In this document: positions 17,979 to 27,432 of the stretch, one piece after another | Layout of the letters: each line of letters opens with the position of its first letter | Position numbering within the stretch: the stretch's first letter is position 1 | Assembly: GCA_964370985.1 (NCBI GenBank) | Contig: CAYJLE010000001.1 | Span: 191,629 to 255,628 of the forward strand | Length of the DNA stretch: 64,000 bases | Reading direction: 5' to 3' | Source of the DNA: an uncultured Gaiellales bacterium | GTDB taxonomy: Bacteria > Actinomycetota > Thermoleophilia > Gaiellales > Gaiellaceae | Notes under the pieces: model-generated | Seen by the model: only the letters and a program-made list of their open reading frames with translations | Told to the model about the DNA's origin: nothing | Database searches by the model: none | Translations under genes and position numbers: made by a program

Positions 17979-19331
17979 ATGGTCGCGGGTGTCGAGATCC
18001 TGCTCGCCGTCGGCGTCGCCGCTGCCGCGCTGGCGTTCGCGGGCGTCGCGACGGGCCGCGCGCCCGAGCGGGCGCTGCTCTGGCTGACGATCGCGCTGGT
18101 CGTCGCCGCTGGTGTCGCGGCGGTCGTTCTGGCGGTGGCGCTGGCCACGGAACGCTGGGACTGGGAGCCGCTCGCTCTCGCCTTCGGCGGTCTTGCTGCT
18201 GCCGCGGCCGCAGGCGCCGGAGCGTTCGGGCTCGCCCGCGGGCTCGATCGTGTCCGCGCGGTCGAGCAGGCGGGGGAGCGCGCGCTCGAGCGCCTGCAGG
18301 GGACGATCGACGAGCACGCGGTGCGCCGCGCCAAGGAGCTCGAGCACCTGCTCGCCCGCGAGCGTGCCGAGACGCTGCACCTGATCGCCGAGCAGGAGCG
18401 GGCGCTGCGGGAGGAACGGCGCGCCGAGGCCCGGGAGCAGGCGGATCTGGCGCAGACGGGGCTGATGCAGGAGGTGGCGGACACGCAGGAGCGGCTCGAG
18501 CGGCGCCTGTCGGCGTGGAGCACCGATCTCGAGCGGGCGCAGCAGCACCTGAAGGCGCGACTCGAGGAGCTGATCCGCAAGCAGGCCGAGGCGCTGCAGG
18601 CGCACGAGGCGAGGCTCGCCGATCACGCCGCCGAGGTGGCCGAGCTCGAGGACGTGCAGCGCCAGGCGATCGGCAGGCTCAGCGGGGAGCTCGAGCGGGC
18701 GCTCGCCCAGGCGCTCGAGGAGACCCATGCGGAGATCGAGACGCACGCGGCGGAGCGGCGGCGCGCGCTCCACGAGGTGAGCGAGCGGCTGCGCGCCCGC
18801 GAACGCTCGATGCGGGAGCAGATCCAGCGCGAGGAGAGCGAAGTGCGCACCCAGCTCGCCCAACAGCTCGAGGAGGTCGAGCGGCGCCAGCTCGAGCAGC
18901 TCGAGCGATCGGTGGATCGCTCGGTCGTCCGGCTGGGCGAGGAGGCCGATCGCCGGTTCGACGTCCAACTGCGTGACTCGCGGGAGCGGACGGCCGACAG
19001 GCTCGGCCGCGAGCTCGAGCTCCAGATGGAGACGTTCACGCGCGCCGCGGAGCAGGAGGTCGCCGCGCGGATCACGGACGCGACCCAGGTCGCCGCGGCG
19101 AAGCTCCAGCGCCAGCTCGACGACGTCGTGCGCGCAGCCGAGGGGCAGACGGCGATCTCCAACGAGCGGATCCGGGAGCTGGCCACCCGCCTCGAGCGCT
19201 CGCTCGAGGCCGCGAACCAGCGGCTGGCCGCTTTCGAGGCCAACGTCGAGCTCGAGCTGGCCGCGAAGCTGGCCGAGATCGAGCGCGCGGTGCGGGCGGC
19301 CGAGCAGGCTGCCGAGCGCGAGCGGGCCTGA
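17979..19331 (+). CDS. membrane-anchored coiled-coil protein (450 aa)
   Basis: Three N-terminal hydrophobic segments followed by about 350 aa of E/R/A/L/Q heptad-like sequence. High GC3 on this strand. Confidence 0.65.
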   Translation: MVAGVEILLAVGVAAAALAFAGVATGRAPERALLWLTIALVVAAGVAAVVLAVALATERWDWEPLALAFGGLAAAAAAGAGAFGLARGLDRVRAVEQAGERALERLQGTIDEHAVRRAKELEHLLARERAETLHLIAEQERALREERRAEAREQADLAQTGLMQEVADTQERLERRLSAWSTDLERAQQHLKARLEELIRKQAEALQAHEARLADHAAEVAELEDVQRQAIGRLSGELERALAQALEETHAEIETHAAERRRALHEVSERLRARERSMREQIQREESEVRTQLAQQLEEVERRQLEQLERSVDRSVVRLGEEADRRFDVQLRDSRERTADRLGRELELQMETFTRAAEQEVAARITDATQVAAAKLQRQLDDVVRAAEGQTAISNERIRELATRLERSLEAANQRLAAFEANVELELAAKLAEIERAVRAAEQAAERERA

Positions 19332-19401
19332 CTCGCAGCCCGACCCCGGCGAACTTTCGCGCGCAGGGTTCGTCGTAGCGAGCAAGAACCCCTTTCTCGT
19401 C

Positions 19402-19602
19402 ATGGAAGAGACGCAAACCCTCGAGCCGGAGCACGACGAGCGCCTGAAGGTGCAGAGCTGGCGCCTGCACGTCCTGATCGGGGCGGGCTACCCGATCGAT
19501 CTCGCCGAGCGAATGGCCGAGAGCGATGCCGACCTGCACGATGCCGTCGAGCTCATCGAGCAAGGGTGCACCCCCGAGGTCGCAGCGCAGATCCTGCTCT
19601 GA
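19402..19602 (+). CDS. hypothetical small protein (66 aa)
   Basis: ATG-started tail of ORF 18973..19602 (MEETQTLEPEHDERLKVQSW...). Non-repetitive acidic composition. Confidence 0.45.
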   Translation: MEETQTLEPEHDERLKVQSWRLHVLIGAGYPIDLAERMAESDADLHDAVELIEQGCTPEVAAQILL

Positions 19603-20624
19603 CAGCGGGTGAGCTCGGGAACGCGGTCGACGCGCTCGCGTCCCGCTTCGCCCGCCCGCCCGGCGGCCTCGCGGTCGGTGCGATCGCCGGCGCGCACGCG
19701 GTCGCGCGCGGCTACGGTGGCGCGCACGCGGGAACCATCTTCGAGATCGGGTCGGTCACGAAGGTGTTCACGGCGATCCTCCTCGCCGACCTCGCCGCGG
19801 AGGGCGTGCTCGGGCTCGACGAGCCGCTCGACGCGTGCCTGCCCCGGGGCACGATCGTCCCGACGCGCGACGGGGTGCGCGCGACGCTCGCTGACGTGGC
19901 CACGCACACCGCGGGTCTCCCGAGCGCCCCGCCCGGCTTCCTCCGCCACGCGCTGCGCCACCGCGGCGACCCGTGGGCCGCACTCACGGCGGAGGAGCTG
20001 CTCGCCGCCCTTGCTCGCACCCGCCTGCGCCACGCCCCCGGCGGGCGCTTTCGCTATTCGAACTTCGGCTTCGGCCTGCTCGGCCACGCGTTGGCCCACC
20101 GGGCGGGCGCCCCGTACGAGGAGCTCCTGGCCAGGCGGATCTGCCAGCCGCTCGACCTCCGGGACACGTCGGTGGCGATCGACCCCGCCGCCGCGATCGG
20201 TCGCGTGGCGCAGGGTCACTCGAGCCGCGGGCGGCCCGCGGCCCCGTGGCACCTTCCCGCGATCGCCGCCGCCGGCGCGCTCCACTCGACCGCCACCGAT
20301 CTGCTCGCCTTCCTGCGCGCCTGCCTCGAGCCGCCCTCGTCCCCGCCTGGCGCCGCGCTGGCGGCGACACTCGTGCCCCGCTTCCGCATCCGGCGCCACC
20401 TCGCGGTGGGGCTCGCCTGGCTGCTGATCGGGGGGGACGGGGCACCGACACTCGCGTGGCACAACGGCGGCACCGGCGGCTTCCGCTCGTTCGTCGGGCT
20501 CTCCCGCGAGCCGCCGGTCGCCGTGGTGGTGCTGTCTGCCCGCGCCAGCTCCGTCGACCGGCTGGGGATGAGGCTGCTCGCGGCACTCGGGGCGGGGCCG
20601 GCCCGCGGGAGGCGGCCACGCTAG
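19566..20624 (+). CDS. serine hydrolase, beta-lactamase/PBP4-like (class C fold)
   Basis: SxxK motif FEIGSVTKVF and a YSN motif (FRYSNFG). The start is uncertain because the longest ORF overlaps the previous gene by 37 nt. Confidence 0.8.
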   Translation: MHPRGRSADPALTAGELGNAVDALASRFARPPGGLAVGAIAGAHAVARGYGGAHAGTIFEIGSVTKVFTAILLADLAAEGVLGLDEPLDACLPRGTIVPTRDGVRATLADVATHTAGLPSAPPGFLRHALRHRGDPWAALTAEELLAALARTRLRHAPGGRFRYSNFGFGLLGHALAHRAGAPYEELLARRICQPLDLRDTSVAIDPAAAIGRVAQGHSSRGRPAAPWHLPAIAAAGALHSTATDLLAFLRACLEPPSSPPGAALAATLVPRFRIRRHLAVGLAWLLIGGDGAPTLAWHNGGTGGFRSFVGLSREPPVAVVVLSARASSVDRLGMRLLAALGAGPARGRRPR

Positions 20625-20634
20625 GCTCCCGAAC

Positions 20635-21852
20635 GTGAAGATCGAGCCGATCTACTACGGCGAGCGCAAGGTCTTCCGCGTCTCGGGCTTCAACCGCGGC
20701 ATCGCCGACTGGCTCGGCCGGCTGCCTTCCCAGTGGGTCGAGGGAGAGGTGACGGAGCTGCGCCGCCAGGACGCATGGCAGTCGGTCTACTTCACGCTCA
20801 AGGACCCCGAGGACGGCACGTCCTTGCCGGTCGCCATGCCCCGCCGGGCGTTCGACGCGCTCGGGCTCTCGCTCGCCGACGGCGTCCTCGTCCACGTGCA
20901 CGGTCAGGCCGAGCTCTGGCAGAAGCGGGGCGAGTTCAGATTCCGGGCGGAGGCGATCGAGCCGGTGGGCCTCGGCGACGTCCTGCTCCGGCTCGAGCGG
21001 CTGAAGCAGCTGCTCGCGGCCGAGGGGCTGCTCGCGGAGGAGCGCAAGCGGCCGCTGCCGTACCTGCCGCGGCTGATCGGGCTCGTGACCGGCAGCGAGG
21101 CCGCGGCGAAGCGGGACGTGATCGCGACGATCACGAGCCGCTTCCCGCCGGCGCGGATCATCGTGGCGGAGGCGTACGTGACCGGACCGCGGGCGCCGCT
21201 CGCGATCGCGGCCGCGCTGCGGGCGGTCTGCGACGCCGGCGCCGACGTGATCGTGCTCGCCCGCGGCGGCGGCGGGTTCGACGACCTGCTCGCGTTCAGC
21301 GACGAGCGGCTCGTGCGCGCGGTCGCGAGCTGTCCGGTCCCGGTCGTCTCCGCGGTCGGGCACGAGCAGGACGTTCCACTCTGCGACCTCGGCGCCGACG
21401 TGGTCAAGTCGACGCCGACCGCGGCCGCGCGACTCGTCGTCCCCGACTGGGCCGAGCTGCTCGAGCACCTCGCGGCGCTGCGAGGCGGGGTCGAGGCGGC
21501 TGCGAGGCGGCGCGTGGAGCGGGCCGCGCGCGAGCTCGCCCGCGATCGCCTCCGGCTGGTGCGCGCGCCCGCCTTGCTGCTCGAGCGCAAGCGCGCGGGG
21601 TTGACCGCCGACCGCGAGCGCCTGGTGCGGGCTCCAGCGCTGCTGGCCGAGCGTGCCCGCGGCAGGCTCGAGAACCTCGGAGGACGGCTCCGGGCGTTGT
21701 CACCGCAGGCCACGCTGTCGCGCGGCTACGCGGTGGTGCGCCGGCAGGACGTTGTGGTGCGAGTTGCGGCCGAGCTGTCGGCGGGCGAGCAGGTCGACGT
21801 GCAGGTCGCCGCCGGAGGGTTCGCCGCGGTCGTGGAGTCGGTGCGGCCGTGA
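20635..21852 (+). CDS. xseA: exodeoxyribonuclease VII large subunit
   Basis: 405 aa with GTG start. OB-fold N-terminus, then the catalytic core (RGGGGFDDLLAFSDE, SAVGHEQD) and a coiled-coil C-terminus. Confidence 0.9.
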   Translation: MKIEPIYYGERKVFRVSGFNRGIADWLGRLPSQWVEGEVTELRRQDAWQSVYFTLKDPEDGTSLPVAMPRRAFDALGLSLADGVLVHVHGQAELWQKRGEFRFRAEAIEPVGLGDVLLRLERLKQLLAAEGLLAEERKRPLPYLPRLIGLVTGSEAAAKRDVIATITSRFPPARIIVAEAYVTGPRAPLAIAAALRAVCDAGADVIVLARGGGGFDDLLAFSDERLVRAVASCPVPVVSAVGHEQDVPLCDLGADVVKSTPTAAARLVVPDWAELLEHLAALRGGVEAAARRRVERAARELARDRLRLVRAPALLLERKRAGLTADRERLVRAPALLAERARGRLENLGGRLRALSPQATLSRGYAVVRRQDVVVRVAAELSAGEQVDVQVAAGGFAAVVESVRP

Positions 21853-22094
21853 CGGAGCCGACGTTCGAGGAGGCGCGGGCGGAGCTCGAGCGGATCGTGG
21901 CGCAACTCGAGAGCGGCGAGGCCGAGCTCGAGGACGCCGTCTCGCTGTGGGAGCGAGGCGAGGGGCTCTACCGGCTCTGCCTCGGGAAGCTCGACGCCGC
22001 ACAGGGGCGCGTCGACGAGCTCGCCCGCCGGGAGGCACCGGAGCCCGGGGACGCCCCGAACGAGCCGGACGAGCCGGGGGTCGCCGGGCCCTGA
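21849..22094 (+). CDS. xseB: exodeoxyribonuclease VII small subunit
   Basis: GTG overlaps the xseA stop (GTGA). TFEEARAELERIVAQLESGEAELEDAVSLWERGEGLYRLC is a typical XseB sequence. Confidence 0.88.
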   Translation: MTEPTFEEARAELERIVAQLESGEAELEDAVSLWERGEGLYRLCLGKLDAAQGRVDELARREAPEPGDAPNEPDEPGVAGP

Positions 22095-22720
22095 TGTCCG
22101 GGCGCATCTTCGCGGCGCTGTACGACCGCGGCGCGAGGCGCGTCGAGGAGGCGGGGCTGCGAGCGCGCCGGGGTGAGCTGCTCGCGGGCCTCTCCGGGGA
22201 CGTGCTGGAGATCGGGGCCGGCACGGGCCTGAATCTCCAGCACTACCCCGCCGGCGCGCGGCTCGTCCTGCTCGAGCCGGATCCCCACATGCGCAGGCGG
22301 CTCGCCGCGCGGCTGGCCGGCCTGCCGTTCAGCGCCGAGGTCGTGCCGGCGTCGGCGGAGGCGCTTCCGTTTCCCGACTCGTCGTTCGACGCGGTGGTGT
22401 CGACGCTCGTGCTCTGCAGCGTCGCCGACCTGGGGCGGGCGCTCGCGGAGGTTCGGCGCGTGCTGCGCCCCGGCGGACGCCTGGCGCTGATCGAGCACGT
22501 TCGCGGTGAGGGTGCCCTCGCCACGCTCCAGGACGCGATCGCGCCGCCGAGCCGCCTCGTCAGCTCGTGCTCCCCGAACCGGCGCACCGTGGAGGCTGTG
22601 CGCGATGCCGGCTTCGAGCTGACCGCGGAGCGGTTCACGCTCGAGCGAGCGCCGTTCTGGGTCCGGCCGGCGTTCGCAGGCGTGGCCGTCCGGAACGCCG
22701 GGCGGCCGCTGGTAGAGTGA
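22094..22720 (+). CDS. class I SAM-dependent methyltransferase
   Basis: ATG overlaps the xseB stop by 1 nt. Motif I VLEIGAGTGLN and post-I LLEPD. Confidence 0.85.
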   Translation: MSGRIFAALYDRGARRVEEAGLRARRGELLAGLSGDVLEIGAGTGLNLQHYPAGARLVLLEPDPHMRRRLAARLAGLPFSAEVVPASAEALPFPDSSFDAVVSTLVLCSVADLGRALAEVRRVLRPGGRLALIEHVRGEGALATLQDAIAPPSRLVSSCSPNRRTVEAVRDAGFELTAERFTLERAPFWVRPAFAGVAVRNAGRPLVE

Positions 22721-22725
22721 CTCGC

Positions 22726-23262
22726 ATGGCCGAGAAGAGGTTCCCCCAGGCTCTCAACGAGCACATCGGGCGCGAGTTCGCCGCCTCCCAGCAGTACATC
22801 GCGATCGCCGTCCACTACGACGCCGAGACCCTCCCGCACCTGGCGGCGCACTTCTACCGCCAGGCAGTGGAGGAGCGAAACCACGCCATGATGATGGTGC
22901 AGTACCTGCTCGACGCGGGACTCCCAGTGGCGATCCCGGGCGCCGAGGCGCCCCGGGCGTCCTTCGCCGACGAGGTCGAGCCCGTCGCCCTGGCCCTGAA
23001 GCAGGAGGAGCAGGTCACCGAGCAGATCACGGCGCTCGCGCGGCTGGCACGCGCGGAGGACGACCTCGTTGCGGAGCAGTTCCTCCAGTGGTTCCTGAAG
23101 GAGCAACTCGAGGAGGTCTCGAGCATGTCCCAGCTCCTCGTGACGGTGCAGCGGGCGGCGCAGGTGAGCATCCTCCTCGCCGAGCAGCAGCTCGCGAGCA
23201 CCCAGGTCGGGGACGGCGGCGGCAACCCTGACGCCCCGGCCGCAGCCGGCGGCGCCCTGTAG
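22726..23262 (+). CDS. ftn: ferritin (non-haem, bacterial Ftn-like)
   Basis: MAEKRFPQALNEHIGREFAASQQYIAIA plus the ferroxidase-centre contexts EERNHA and EQVTEQ. Confidence 0.85.
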   Translation: MAEKRFPQALNEHIGREFAASQQYIAIAVHYDAETLPHLAAHFYRQAVEERNHAMMMVQYLLDAGLPVAIPGAEAPRASFADEVEPVALALKQEEQVTEQITALARLARAEDDLVAEQFLQWFLKEQLEEVSSMSQLLVTVQRAAQVSILLAEQQLASTQVGDGGGNPDAPAAAGGAL

Positions 23263-23267
23263 GGCCG

Positions 23268-24269
23268 TCAGCGCCCCAGGGCGCGGAGCAACCGTCCGAG
23301 CGCCTCGCCGAGCGCCTCGAGATCGTCGCGCGAGCGGGCGGGGTCGCCGCCGAGCGGGAGTACCGCGGTCGCGCCGAGCTCGTGAAGCGCAGCCACGCCG
23401 CCCCGGACGCTGCCCCCGAAGACCACGCAGGGAACGTCCGCTGCGGCGCACGCCGTGGCGACGGCGCCGGGCAGCTTTCCGGCGGCGGAGGTCTGGTCGA
23501 CCCGCCCCTCGCCCGTGATCGCGAGCGCGGCGCCGGCGATGCGCCCCGGGAAGCCGACGGCGTCGAGCACGAGCTGGGCGCCGGGCACGAGCTCCGCACC
23601 GAGCGCCGCGAACGCTGCACCGAGGCCGCCGGCGGCGCCCGCGCCGGGACGGTCGGCATGGGGCCGAAGCTCGGGCATGGCCGCGAGCCGGCGTTCGAGC
23701 TCCTCGACCTGTTCCGGCGTGGCCCCCTTCTGCGGCCCGAAGACGCGGGCGGCGCCCCGCTCGCCGAGCAGCGGGTTCGTCACGTCGCACGCTGCCCGGA
23801 GTCGCACCCCACGGAGGTCACTCCCGGAGAGGGCCCGGCGAAGCCCCGCGCCGCCGTCGACGGTCGCGCTGCCCCCGAGCGTGACGAGGAGCTCGTGCGC
23901 GCCGGCGCCGGCGGCGGCAAGCAGGAGCTGGCCGAGGCCGGCGGAGTCCGCACGCAGGGGGTCGAGCTCGCCGGGGCCGAGCCGCCAGAGGCCGATTGCC
24001 TCGGCAGACTCGACGACGGCGCGCCCGCCCGTCAGGAGCGCGAAGCGCGCGTCGACCGCGCGGCCGAGGGGGTCGGCGACGCGCGCGGCGCGCCACTCAC
24101 CGCCCAGCGCGGCGAGCAGCGCCTCGGCGGTGCCCTCGCCGCCGTCGGCGAGCGGGAGCTGATCGGCCTCGAGCCCGGGAACGCGGCCGACGCCGGCTGC
24201 GAGCGCCCGGGCGGCCTCCCCCGCCGACGCGGAGCCCTTCAGCTTGTCGGGGCAGCAGACGACCCTCAT
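23268..24269 (-). CDS. glxK: glycerate kinase
   Basis: 333 aa from MRVVCCPDKLKGSASAGEAA. GlxK/GarK-like throughout (ADGGEGT, ITGEGRVDQTSAAGK). Confidence 0.85.
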   Translation of the reverse strand: MRVVCCPDKLKGSASAGEAARALAAGVGRVPGLEADQLPLADGGEGTAEALLAALGGEWRAARVADPLGRAVDARFALLTGGRAVVESAEAIGLWRLGPGELDPLRADSAGLGQLLLAAAGAGAHELLVTLGGSATVDGGAGLRRALSGSDLRGVRLRAACDVTNPLLGERGAARVFGPQKGATPEQVEELERRLAAMPELRPHADRPGAGAAGGLGAAFAALGAELVPGAQLVLDAVGFPGRIAGAALAITGEGRVDQTSAAGKLPGAVATACAAADVPCVVFGGSVRGGVAALHELGATAVLPLGGDPARSRDDLEALGEALGRLLRALGR

Positions 24270-24295
24270 TGGCACGGGAACCGGGGCCTGGACGG

Positions 24296-25402
24296 CTAGA
24301 CGCCGGCCCCGGGGCTGACCCGCGCGTCCGCCCGCGGCGCCGGGCGCCCCGCGGTGCGCACGTCCTCCGCGTCGAGGTCCCCGAGCCCGTCCTTCACGTC
24401 CCCGGGGGTGACGCGCGGGATCCGCTTGAGCGTCGCGAACGAGATCCCCTCGCGGGCGAGGAAGGCGAGGCCGAGGCCGACGCCGACGGACACCTCGATC
24501 GCCTGGAGGCCGATCCCGTAAGCGAACCCGTGCTGGTAGGCGACGCCGTAGGGGACGAGCGCGAGCGCGACGCCGGCCTGGAACAGGCCGACGCTGCCCG
24601 GCCAGAGCGGGAACGCGAGCGCGACGCTCGCGACGAGCAGGACGAGGCCGGCGGCGGCCATCGACGCCTCGATCTGAAACGCCCTGAACGTGAAGTAGAT
24701 GGCGACGAGCTGCGCCGCCCAGCCGAGGATCTGGAACGCGGCTACCGCGGCGGCCGGGCCTGGCGTGCGGAGGATGCCGAGGCCCGCGACAGCCATGTGC
24801 CACAGGCGGCTCGCCCGTCCGAGCGCGCCGGCGTCCGATCGCTCGCGCTTGTGGTAGCGCCAGGCGAGCACGACGGCGCCGACGAAGAGGGCGAGCGACA
24901 CGGCGAGGACGACCTCGATGCCCGGGACGGCCCAGGACGGGATGCGGGCGGTGACGAGGACGTAGCCGACGAGCGCGACCGTGGCCGGGACGTCGAAGAG
25001 GCGATGGGCGAACGAGGCACCGAAGATCGCCGGCCAGTTGGAGCTCCGGTGCGGCACGTGCCGCGTGAGCGCGGCCGCCCGGGCGACGTCCCCGACCCGG
25101 CCCGGGAGCACCGCGTTGCCGAGCAGGCCGATGCAGAACGCGGAGAAGACGTGGCGACGGCGTGGCCGGGGCGCCGGGAGCGCGCGGTCGAGCACGATCC
25201 GCCAGGCGACGGCACGAAGGGTGACGGAGAGGAGGTTCGCGCCGATCGCCGCGGCCACCCAGGCCCAGGCGACCTCGGTGAAGGCGCTACCGACGACGTC
25301 GAGGTCCGGCGCCCGCCAGACGACTACCGCGACGACCGCGGCGAGCAGCGGGGCGAGGAGGGCCGCGCGGCCCCGGCGGGTGTGCAGGAGCCGGGCGCTC
25401 AT
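24296..25402 (-). CDS. UPF0104 / lysylphosphatidylglycerol-synthase-TM-like (flippase-like) membrane protein
   Basis: 368 aa from MSARLLHTRRG. About 8 hydrophobic segments. The ATG overlaps the GT4 stop (ATGA). Confidence 0.75.
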   Translation of the reverse strand: MSARLLHTRRGRAALLAPLLAAVVAVVVWRAPDLDVVGSAFTEVAWAWVAAAIGANLLSVTLRAVAWRIVLDRALPAPRPRRRHVFSAFCIGLLGNAVLPGRVGDVARAAALTRHVPHRSSNWPAIFGASFAHRLFDVPATVALVGYVLVTARIPSWAVPGIEVVLAVSLALFVGAVVLAWRYHKRERSDAGALGRASRLWHMAVAGLGILRTPGPAAAVAAFQILGWAAQLVAIYFTFRAFQIEASMAAAGLVLLVASVALAFPLWPGSVGLFQAGVALALVPYGVAYQHGFAYGIGLQAIEVSVGVGLGLAFLAREGISFATLKRIPRVTPGDVKDGLGDLDAEDVRTAGRPAPRADARVSPGAGV

Positions 25403-26547
25403 GCCGCTACCGCAACCTTGCTCGCGGGCACGCCGGCGAGCGACTCGTAGATCCCGACCAGGCGCTGCGCGATCTGATCCCAGTCGTAGCGCTCGACGGC
25501 GACCTCGCGGCCGCGAGCGCCGAGCGCCCTGCGCCGCGGCTCGTCCGTGAGCAGCTCGACGAGCGCCGCGCCGAGGGCGTCGGGGTCGCCGGGCGGGACG
25601 AGGATCCCGGTCTGGGGCCCGGCCACCTCGCGGTAACCGTCGATGTCGGACGCGACGACCGGGGTGGCGCACGCGAACGCGCGGGTGATGACCATCCCGA
25701 AGCTCTCCTGCCCGACAGCGGGTGCCGCGAGCACCTTCGCGGAGGCGACCTCCTCGACCAGCGTCTCGGTCGGGAGGACGCCGAGCACGTCGATGCCGTC
25801 GGCCTCGGACACGCCGAGCCTCCGCATCAGGAAGCGCACCTGGAGCGGGTCGGCCCCGATCACGCGCAGCCTGGCCCCGGTGCGGGCGGAGACCGCCGGC
25901 CAGGCGCGCAGGAGCACGTGCAGCCCCTTGCGCGGCTCGTGACGCCCGATGAAGACGACGCGCTCGAGCCGCCCGCCGGGATCGGCCTCAGAGGGCAGTG
26001 AGACGCCGTTGGGGATGACCTCGAAGGGGCCGCCGAGCCAGGGCTCCGCGGCCGCCCGGGCGGTCTCCGAGACCGCGATCCGGTAGTCGATGCGGGGGAT
26101 CAGCACGCTCCAGAACAGCTTCCCCCAGATCCAGAATCGTCCGCCGGACGCGTGGGAGGTGCTGACGACGGGGCAGGTCGCCCCGTAGAGGGAGTACAGG
26201 GAGAGGATCGGGGCGAACGGCTCGTGAACGTGGAGGACGTCGAACCGCTCGCGCTCGAGAATCCGTTTCATGCGCGGGATCGCTCTCGGGGAGAGCACGA
26301 TGTTCGAGAGGGAGGCGTTGGCGGGGATGATCACGGTGCGCCCGACGGGGATCACGTGGACGGGTGGGGGGTCGTGGCGCCCGGCCCGCGGGTGGAGCAG
26401 CCGGGTGAGCAGGCCGGGCGGGTCGTTGCCGATCACGATGCGCACGTCGTGGCCGAGCGCCGTCAGCGCGCGGGCCTGGTTCTCGGCGTGCTCGACGACG
26501 CCGCCCCAGTAGGACCACGAGAAGGGAACGACGATGCCGATCTTCAT
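25399..26547 (-). CDS. GT4-family glycosyltransferase (PimA-like)
   Basis: Last 382 codons of the 1092-aa ORF, starting at MKIGIVVPFSW. EPRKG motif and an E-x7-E-like ESFGMVITRAF motif. Confidence 0.88.
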   Translation of the reverse strand: MKIGIVVPFSWSYWGGVVEHAENQARALTALGHDVRIVIGNDPPGLLTRLLHPRAGRHDPPPVHVIPVGRTVIIPANASLSNIVLSPRAIPRMKRILERERFDVLHVHEPFAPILSLYSLYGATCPVVSTSHASGGRFWIWGKLFWSVLIPRIDYRIAVSETARAAAEPWLGGPFEVIPNGVSLPSEADPGGRLERVVFIGRHEPRKGLHVLLRAWPAVSARTGARLRVIGADPLQVRFLMRRLGVSEADGIDVLGVLPTETLVEEVASAKVLAAPAVGQESFGMVITRAFACATPVVASDIDGYREVAGPQTGILVPPGDPDALGAALVELLTDEPRRRALGARGREVAVERYDWDQIAQRLVGIYESLAGVPASKVAVAA

Positions 26548-27248
26548 CGGCCCGGAGTATGCCCGTCGCGGCGGCGTTCGTAGGCGAGCTTGAGGAAGCG
26601 GACCGCGTCGGTCGGGTCGTCGGTCACGTGGATGCGCGCCAGATCGCCCGCCGAGATCATCCCCTCCCCGAGCGCCCGCTCCTCGAGCCAGCGCAGAAGA
26701 CCGGTCCAGTAGCCGCCATCGATGAGAACGACCGGGAAGCTCTCGACCTTCCCGGTCTGGATCAGGGTGAGCGACTCGAACAGCTCGTCGAGCGTGCCGA
26801 AGCCGCCGGGCAGGATCACGAACCCGTCGGCGGCCTTCACGAACATCGTCTTGCGCACGTAGAAGTGGCGGAAGGTGAGGCACAGGTCGAGGTAGCCGTT
26901 GGGGTGCTGCTCGTGGGGGAGCTCGATGTTGAAGCCGATCGACACGCCGCCGACGTCCTGCGCACCCCGGTTGGCGGCCTCCATCAGCCCCGGCCCGCCG
27001 CCGGTGACGACCGCGAAGCCCTCGCGGGCGAGGCCCCGGCCGAGCTCGCGTGCGACGGCGTAGGCGGGGCCGTCCTCGCGCGCGCGGGCGGATCCGAAGA
27101 CGGAGACGGCGGGGTGAGCGACGGAGGCGACGGCGTCGAAGCCGTCGAAGAACTCGTCGGCGATCCGGTCGACATGGGCACGTTCGATCCGCCCGCCTGC
27201 GGCTGGAAGAGCGTTCTCGGGCACGCGTCTCCCCCATGGTATGCCCAC
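26544..27248 (-). CDS. LOG-family (TIGR00730) nucleotide 5'-monophosphate nucleosidase
   Basis: GGGPGLMEA and PGGFGTLDE motifs. The stop overlaps the GT4 start (ATGA). The start may lie a few codons further downstream. Confidence 0.85.
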   Translation of the reverse strand: MGIPWGRRVPENALPAAGGRIERAHVDRIADEFFDGFDAVASVAHPAVSVFGSARAREDGPAYAVARELGRGLAREGFAVVTGGGPGLMEAANRGAQDVGGVSIGFNIELPHEQHPNGYLDLCLTFRHFYVRKTMFVKAADGFVILPGGFGTLDELFESLTLIQTGKVESFPVVLIDGGYWTGLLRWLEERALGEGMISAGDLARIHVTDDPTDAVRFLKLAYERRRDGHTPGR

Positions 27249-27340
27249 TCAAGCCGACGGCATCCGCTGCCGATACGACCCGTGAGGGATTACCTCTCCT
27301 GCGGGCCGGGAGATGACGGCAACCAGATCCTGTCCGCAGC

Positions 27341-27384
27341 GGAGGGGGCGGCGGCGACTCATATACTCGCCGCCGCCCCCCTCC
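27341..27384. promoter_or_regulatory. long GC-rich hairpin with AT-rich loop in the LOG/add divergent intergenic region
   Basis: GGAGGGGGCGGCGGCGA - CTCATATAC - TCGCCGCCGCCCCCCTCC gives about 17 bp of stem with a one-nt bulge. No upstream gene needs a terminator here. Confidence 0.4.
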
Positions 27385-27432
27385 ACTCCTCTCGCCCGTC
27401 CCCCCCGCGTCCGCCCCAAGACAAGCCCCAGC

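Noticed and set aside
17925-19403. N-terminal two-thirds of ORF 17376..19403, plus other long ORFs overlapping the coiled-coil gene
   Set aside because: These are mirror-image ORFs of an E/R/A/L-rich coiled-coil gene. The plus strand has membrane helices followed by heptad-like sequence and better codon bias. Only the 182-codon 3' part of the minus ORF lies outside the overlap.
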